From positions 1-64,000 of the IMG/VR virus record IMGVR_UViG_3300017755_003154: a stretch of DNA of 64,000 nt. One strand, 5' to 3'. Of this stretch, positions 45,801 to 54,800 are shown piece by piece. The notes below the pieces were generated by a model. That model saw only the letters and a list, made by a program, of their open reading frames with translations, was not told where the DNA came from and did not search any database. The translations under genes and the position numbers were made by a program. This DNA is from a virus. How positions within the stretch are numbered: position 1 is the first letter of the stretch; every line of letters begins with the position of its first letter.

Positions 45801-48800
45801 CCATCTTCTACACTACCATTTAGTATTACATCTGGTGATTTCAAATAACCACTACCAGGATTAGTAACTTCAATTTTATTTACTTTACCATTATTCAAAA
45901 ATGCTTTTGCTGTAGCGCCAGTACCACCGCCGCCTTCAATACTTACTATTGGAGGTAAAGTATAGTTTGATCCTGAATTACCAACTGAAATTTCTTTTAT
46001 TTGGTATCCACTATTTTCTAACCAATGCTTATCTGGATAAACGCTAGTACTATTTGATACACTTGTAATTGTATTATTAGAAACTTTAGCATTACTACTT
46101 AAAATTTTCTTTTTAGAAAAACTATATCTAGGCGGTAAATCAAAATCTGCAATTATACTATTTGTAGGATCAGTTTTTTCGTAACTAGAAACATACTCTC
46201 TAATTTTAGTTTTAAATGGTTTTACTTCATTAATATAATCTTGGTAATTGTCAATATTGTCATTTTTAAATGTAACCTTTTGCATTAAGTCACCAACATT
46301 GTGTTGTGCTTTAATAAATGATGTTTTAAATGCCCAGTCAATATTTGGTTGTTCACTAAATGCGTAACGTATACTTGCAAGAAACAACTCGTTATAATGT
46401 ACTTCTAAATTATCAACTAAAATATGATCTCTTAGTGTTTCTAAAACTACTCTAGATTCAGTTACAGGTTGATTGTCATAAAATGTTGTATCAAATGTAT
46501 CAGTATCAAATCCAGTTTTGTTTAAACTAGTATTATATAGTTTAGGACTAAATTGAATAGTTGCATTTTGCTTTCCTATTACTTTATAGTTTTGTGTGTA
46601 ATCTTCAGTTTGTAAATTTGCAATTTTTTCTAACAGCAACCAACCGCCTGAACCTATTGAGGAAATTTTAACTGTTTCACCAATATTATTTTCCAAAGCA
46701 GATAACTGGTAACTAAAATCAATTAGACTATCAATTTCTGTAAATTCGCTATATCCTGCCGCATACCAATCTGCATAATTCCAATATAAATTTGTATCAA
46801 AACGTTGACTTACAGTTCTGTTCCATCTAGTACCAGTGTAGTTATATAGCGACCATTTGTTAGCAACATTTGAATCACTTGCAACAAGTACACTAAAATT
46901 CCTCACTGAAAGTGTAGTATTTTCATCATAACCTATACCTGGATCAACAATATTAATTTTTATAATTTGTCCTAGTTCATTTATTTCAGATTCTAATACA
47001 GCATCTCTACCAATACCTGTCACTGTAATTTTAGGACCTAATCTAGTTCCACCTACAGTTGAATCATAAGTTGGATCTACGTATCCTTTGCCAGAATTAG
47101 GAATAGCAACACTTGTAATCTTACCATCTACTACTGTTGGTGTTAACAAGGCTGTAACTCTTTTTGCTATACCAACAAATGCAAGGTCTTCGTATGTATC
47201 AATTTTGATATCATATTCTCTTGAACTTGCAAACGGTGCCGGATCACTTTTTGTCAAATCACTTATATTAAATTCATCAACAATAATATTTTTTATTAGC
47301 ACATCATTGACTCGTTCAATAACTTCTTTAAATGCTTCTGATTTATTAAGAAACATAGCCTGTCTTGGATTGTTACTAATACCGTATTTTGCTTTTGCAC
47401 TTAGTTTAGGATCTGGCACTAATCTAAATTGAGAATCATAACCAATTAAACTGTCAAACCATTTACGCTCAATATCTCTTGTAGGCTTGCTTGACCCAAT
47501 ACCTTGTGTTAACATCTGATATTCATTATGAATATTTTGGTCAATGTTATCAAGTGTGTAGTAACGTAAATTAAATGCAACATTATTACCGCTCAATAAT
47601 GGCTCACAGTTAAACAACACATATCTATCTTTTGCCATTAGTCCAACAAATCTATGTCCTTGTCCTACTGGATCTTCTATTAAACGTTTTACATCATACG
47701 CAGTAATTTTTCTATTAGCAGTTGTAGGTACAACACGCTTGTTTGCTACCCAATAATAATATTTCGCTACGCTAGTATTTGAAATAGGATCCCATTTTAA
47801 TCTTTGAGAATATACACCATCACCGTATCTACTCAACCCACTTACTCCTGAAGCAATACCGTTTTCGCTATCTGCTAAGGCATCCCATTCACTTGGCAAT
47901 AAGTCAGTTTCTACCCATTCGTATACTTCTACACTTGTACCAGGAAATACTTCTCCCCAAAAGTTAGTTTGGTATGTAACACTATTTTGTTGGTAGTTGT
48001 AAAATTTAACTGCACTAATATCCCACCATAGTTGGCCTGCATGTTCTGCACCCCAAGCATTATCCTCATCAATAACAACAGTATCATTACCTAGACTATA
48101 TGCCGCAGGATCATAATACGTTTTATATGATAATTCTTGTTCTGCTGGTCCAGCAATTTTGCCTTGTACTGGATCAATATAATCTAAGTCTTCAATAAGT
48201 GTGTTTGTTTGGGTGTTATATAAAAATGCACCTTTTATCTTTGCAATGTCTACTTGATCAATTGGGCTTCTGTGTGTTTTCCATGCTTTTGCACCTAATG
48301 TTTTTCTAAAGTCAATAATCATACCTTGGAATGTAGTAAGATCAGTAACTTCTGGGATAGCAGAATATACATGGTTTGTTTTCATTAATAAGTTTTTACC
48401 AAAATTAACTGCTAATGGTTCGTCAATAACAAATTCTTGTGCAAATAATAATGACTGATTAATTCTTTCGTACATGAATACAACACCGCTGTCCATATCT
48501 GTTGATTTAAAGTTTGTAAACTCATCATCAAATATAGTTGTATTATTATCAAATGTAGTTGGCAATTCAATATCGCCATTTAATGATGTAACTGCTAACT
48601 GATTACCGTCAAAATTTAAATAAGCACCAAATTGTTCTGCTTGTTCCCCGTTTGGACTAAACACTTCTTGGGTTAAAGTAAACGAACCGTCAACAAGCGT
48701 ATATACATATACTTTACCTTGATCTTTTTTCTTATCATCATTGTAAGGTTCACCAATAGCAAGCATTTCTCCATCGTCACTTATGCTTATGCTATCACCA

Positions 48801-51800
48801 AAGCCTGTAAAAGATCCTGTTGATAAGTCTTCATAAGGTGGTTTAATAGTTTGAGATACCGTCATTTGCCCTTCAGGTAATCTTCTATAAACAACAATTA
48901 CACGCTCTCCTGTACTGTCATTGCCTTGTATTCTAGAACTTACAACTAAAACTTCACCATCTTTAGATTGATCAAATTTTCTTGCAAAATCTCTAACTCC
49001 ATATTCAGGATCAAATACATCTTCTCCAATAAGTCTATTTGTACCGTCTGTTGGAATAAATCCTACATGTGCCGTTCCGTCTGTTACACTTTCCCAATCA
49101 TCTGCGATAAATGCACTTCCGCTTGCAATATTTCTTTTTGCTTTATACAGTAGACTTCCGTTATTAACAATTTCGCCTTCTTTATAGAAAACCTGTGAAC
49201 TAAACAATCCTCTAAACTCAGGATCAATATCTAACTGCCATTCATATGTACTTGCAACGCCATTTTTAGTTTCGCTACCATGCTTAATAAAATGTATACT
49301 ACCTGCGTTTGATTGAGTTCCATTACCTTTTGATGCAACTAATATTCTATATAACGCACCGTCTTGGTTAATTTGAATTTCGTCACCAAGTTTTGCATTT
49401 GCTTTTCTTTCAGGTACTGTAAAATGATCTACTACATCAAACTGTATTTTTTCATTTAATTGATATGCACTAAACATACCTTCTAATTGTAATCCACTTG
49501 TAAACGTGCCATTAGCATTTGATACTGGAATATTAGTAACTAGTTGCCAGTCATTATTATTTGATGCTGGAATGTTAGGATCACGAGGTATACCTGCAAG
49601 TGTAATTTCATTATAGAACCAATATTCAAAATCATCAAGTTGACTAATTGTCGCATCTGGAAAATTAGTATCTTCTTCCATAACAATAATTTTACCTATA
49701 CGTGTGCCTTCTAAACTTACAGCATCTATTCTACCCATTCTACGATCAATAGCACCACGTGAACGGAATATATCTGCATCTTGGTTATAAGTGTTTCCTT
49801 TGCTCCATGTACCAGTAATATTTTTTACATAAATTCTAACAGTGTTAAACTGTCTTTTATAAAAAGTTATTTCTGCTGTCGCACCAGTAACTGTATCTTT
49901 TACTGTATCTCCTACAATTGGTTCAAAAGGTAATTGATTTGCTTGATCAAACTCATCAAATGTAAAGTCAATATAGCCATCCCATAAATCATAAACAGTA
50001 TGTTCTTTATCAAACAACGCTTTGCTCATTACAGTATCAGTAAAGTTTGTATTGCCACTTACACTATCTACTGTCATGTTAAATTTACTACCGATACTTA
50101 ATGTATCAGTAAATGGTTTGTTTCCTCTTACTACCCATAATGGGCTTTCCTGTAATGCAAATACTTCTAAAGGATCACCTTCGTAAGTAAGTGTTTGTGC
50201 AAACGATGCTTGGTCCATTAAACTTAAAGTAGAACCCGAATTGTTAGCATCTTGTACTGCTAACTGTCTAGCATCAGTAATATTATGATAAAAGTTTGGT
50301 GTGCTTCTTCCGCTTGCAGTTGTTAACAGATCTTGATAAATTAAACCATGTCCTGGATCAACAAATATATTTGTACTATCTGCACTTGTAGTATATGTTG
50401 GTGTATTAATAAACCAGTAACCACCTAAGCCACTTGTTAAATTAGTATAATCTTCTGTGTAATCACCTATACGTATAGTACCAACAAATACTGATCCTGA
50501 TTGATCGAATGTTCCGTTAACATCCGACAAGTAAACTGTACAAGTTGTTAAATCATTTGCTACATATACTACTTGTCCACTAGCAATAGTACTAGAAAGA
50601 GTATCACCAACTTGTGGTAAGTTTACAAAATTTTCGATTACTAATACATTGTCTACTTTATATTCAATATTATGTCTGTCACTTAAAAATGCACCTGTTA
50701 TTGCAGGGAATTCTCCGTCAAACGGTTGAACATCTGTTGACGCACCTTGGATATTTAATTTACTAAAATTATTCCATTTAAGAACAATATCGTCGCCGGC
50801 TGTACTTCCTTCATACGCATTCAACGGCGCTCTTATAAGCATGTGTGCAACCGGACTGTCGTTAATTTTATAATTACCAGTTTGTAATAAATTAATAAAA
50901 GTACTATCGCTTTGAGAAACAATATCTACATAGGAATCAAAACTGCTAAAGGATATTGCACCTGTAGCAGGATCAATATTTTGTACTGCTTTATATAAGT
51001 TTGGACCATATTTTATAATTTGACCTTTTGTATAAGAAGTACCTTGTTGGAATTCTCCTTTATAAAACCCGTATGTATTTGATGCTTGTGGAGAACCAAC
51101 TACAAGAAATTTTCCATCTGGACTTAATGCTACACTTTCGCCAAATTGCATTGATGTTGTAGGTGTACTGCCGTCATATGCATCTGCAACATTAGTTGGA
51201 GCAGAGATAATTTGATCCAAAACAAAATTTGTACTATCGTTTGGACGCACATATATATGAACTTCGCCATTTCCTTTAAATGGAATACCTACTGCCATTT
51301 TTGTATTGCCATCGTTTACACTTATAGAATGACCGAAGCCGTGTTGTGTACTATCTAATTGTAATGTACTTAATACTTTTTGATGTTCTGAATACACTGG
51401 AGCATTTTTTAGTACAGTCCATTTATTATTATCATCATTGTCAATCCATATTAATTCATTAGTTCCTAAATTAGCAGTAACATTTTTATTTGCATCTTTT
51501 ATGGATGCTGTACGTTGTGTAGTAAAAATAGTTATTGTACCGCTAATATCAATTGTTTCGTCTATCTCTTGCCAGTCTTGATTTTCAGTTTCAAAAGTTA
51601 CATCATTACCTATAACTTTAGTTGCTTTATAAAATCCATCTAATGTTGTAAGTGACGCAGTATTTGCATTAGTAATACCAAATATATCACCTACTGCAAT
51701 ATCTCTAGCAGTAAAGTTTAGGCCTAAAGTAATTTCACTTCCAACTGGAGTTACTGTTTCAATTCTTAATTTTGTTTCAGTATGTTGAATAACGTCCCAA

Positions 51801-54800
51801 GTTTGGTCATTAGTTGCTACCCAGACATAATCGTTTCTGTTTATATCATCAATACTAAATCCTAGTATTCCATCTTTTGTCAATACTGCACGACTTACAT
51901 CTTCACCAGTTACGTAACCTACTGTTTTAACATACTCTTCATTAGTATATTTTGTAGGTATTTTGTTTATATCATAATTTTCTGGTTTTAAGAATACATC
52001 ATAATTTGGTATTCTATAAATTAAGTCTGTTGGTGCTGTAGGTAATGTTTCAACTAATTCAATTGGCTGAGGACTAAGATTAAAATTAGATTCGTTTAAT
52101 TGCCATTCAATTTCTTCAAAGTTTGTAGTAGCACCGTATTGATTATTTTTTACAGCCCACTCTTCATAAAAATCAACAGATTCTTTATCTGCACTTGCAA
52201 GAGCATCAAATAATTTATCAATACTATTTCGTGATCCTTTATCAGCAATAAATCCTTGATAAAATTTATATTGTGATACATCATCGTTTATAATATTTTC
52301 TAAATATTGACGCTTTTGATAACCAGTTAAATGTTGAGCGAGTTTTTGTTGCTCAGTATCAAAGTTATCGCTATCAAGATCATAAAAATCTGTAAACTGA
52401 TTTATTCTATAATCAAAGTTTGTGTATAATTTTGTTTCAGGACGTCCTTCTAACCTGTTCCATTCAGCAGGTATAAATTTTTGAGTGCCTGCAATTTTAT
52501 TTTTTGCGGCGTAGAAAAATTCCTTATAACGAATAGTATCGCCTATTGCATAATCTCTAAATGCTTCCCATTCTGTTACCTCTGCTTGATCAAAAACAAA
52601 TCCTGGAATATTAAGTGTACCGTTCCAATTGGCAGTTCTATATCCCATAACTTTAACACGATCTTGCCTATATCCAGATGCAGGACTATAAATTACATCT
52701 TTAAAGTCTGAAGTATTATCAAGTATAGCAACATGCTCAACTTGCACAAGCGGAAGTTGTATGTAATATATACCGTCTGCTGTGTTTGCTAAATTAACAG
52801 CAAACGTATTTCCTTCTCTAGTAAGCCTTGTAAATGTTTCATCTAACGGTTTCCCTGCACTATCTTGCATAGAATAATCATAAAAATTATCATACAAGTT
52901 ATCAACAACTGAGTACGGTCTTGTAAACTTTATTTGATTAGCACTAGGGCTTAATGCAATAATTGTGCCTGCCGCCCAGTTTTGTGTAGTCCAGAATAAA
53001 AATTCTTTTGCACTTAGTTTCCAATCTTCAACAGTAGAATTATCTTTATTGTAATAATCAAAAGCAAAGCCTGCTGTATCAAGTTGTTTTGCATATCCTA
53101 ATAGGAAATCTACAACTTCTTGGATTTCAGTATATATTGTTCCGTAAGGAACTTCGGTAATTGTACTTTCAAAGTTTTTACGAAACAATGCTGTTGCCCC
53201 GCCTCTTACAGGTATGTCATTAATTTTTTGAAAATTCTTTGCTTCAAAACTAGCACCAGATGTATGATCTACAATTACTCTATAAAACTTACTTAAATGT
53301 CTTACAAACTTATCTACAGTATATTTTTTATCTTCTTCCCACTCTACAAACGCATCAGATACTCCACCAACATTTACTGCAGGATCGTTAGTACGTGGAG
53401 ACGCTTGTTGTATTTTAAATATTGGATTTGCTCTATCATATCCTCTTATAACAAATCCGTAACTTTGTTTTTCTATAATTACACCACTATATGAAACTGT
53501 ATCTACAGGTGAACTTGTGTTTAAAAATATTTTATAATTTTCTTTTGGTAAAAATACATTACCTTTGTTGAATGGTGTTCTACTATCTAAAACAAATTTC
53601 ATTTTATTTTGATCTGTAAATGCACCTAATTTCATACCTAATTGGTATTTTAAACTTTTTACTTGTTCTTTATAATCGTTAGTTGAAATACTACTATTAG
53701 ATAATGTGTAGTTAACAACATAATCAACTAATCCGCTTGTGAAAACTCTTGTTGTATCTCCGTAAACATTACTGAAAACTAAATCTGCTAGTGAAATACA
53801 ACGCTTGTTTTCTGTATAAACAAGTTGTCCTGCAAGATTTCTGCTGATCCTTGATAAATCCCAACCTAATGACATTACTTTAGCAGGTTGATTTAATAAC
53901 CATGATTTAATTAAACTAAACGCATAATCACTGCTGGTTCTCCAAGCATTTTCTGTCGGAGCATGATCGCCAAATTTGAAACCTAGTTTAGTATAAGAAT
54001 TAATATATTCTTTGGCATACTTAGAATCTAATGGACTTAATAAATTTCCACTTTCGTCAACTGGTATGTGCTTTGTTAAGCCGGGTCTTACATATTTTTC
54101 TAGATATTTTGCTGACTTGTTTGGTTCGGCAACTTTTCCTTCTTCAAGATCTTGCCACAGTATTAAGTTATTACTTGTGTAAGGAGCCGCACCGTAAACA
54201 GTATTCCACCATGTAGGTTTTTCTGCAAAGCCTAACATCTTCCAAGGAGTTGTATGTGGAGTATCTGTATCATATGCATTTTTATATACAGAACGCCAAA
54301 ACCCTGTTAGTGCTTCACCGTTTGGTCCTGACATATATGAATAGTTGTAAGTAAAACTATCATTAAGTTCATAAAAATTATTTGAAGTATAATCTAATCC
54401 ACCTAATGACTCATTCCATTTAACAAAGTCACTTAGTAGTATTTTATTAATGTTATCTATTTTAAATTTTGTATTTCTGTATGCTCCAGGAACATAATCA
54501 TTAATATCTAATTTTAAAACATCGTAAGTTGCTTTAATATTATTATAAATTCTTCTTTCAAGGTCTAACAGTAATGCATCTCTATAATCATTAAATGCAA
54601 TAGTTCTACTTCCGTCATGTCCAATAATAATATTAGTAGGTGTTCTGTAACTATCATCACTAATAATTTCAGGCACATATGCAGGATATAGTCCTAATTT
54701 AGTTGGAGTGCTAGGCACATAGTTTCCGTCTGTGCTTTCGTACTCATATATTTCAATTAAGTCTCCGTCTGCTTTGGTTGCTGTAATTACAGCAAAACCA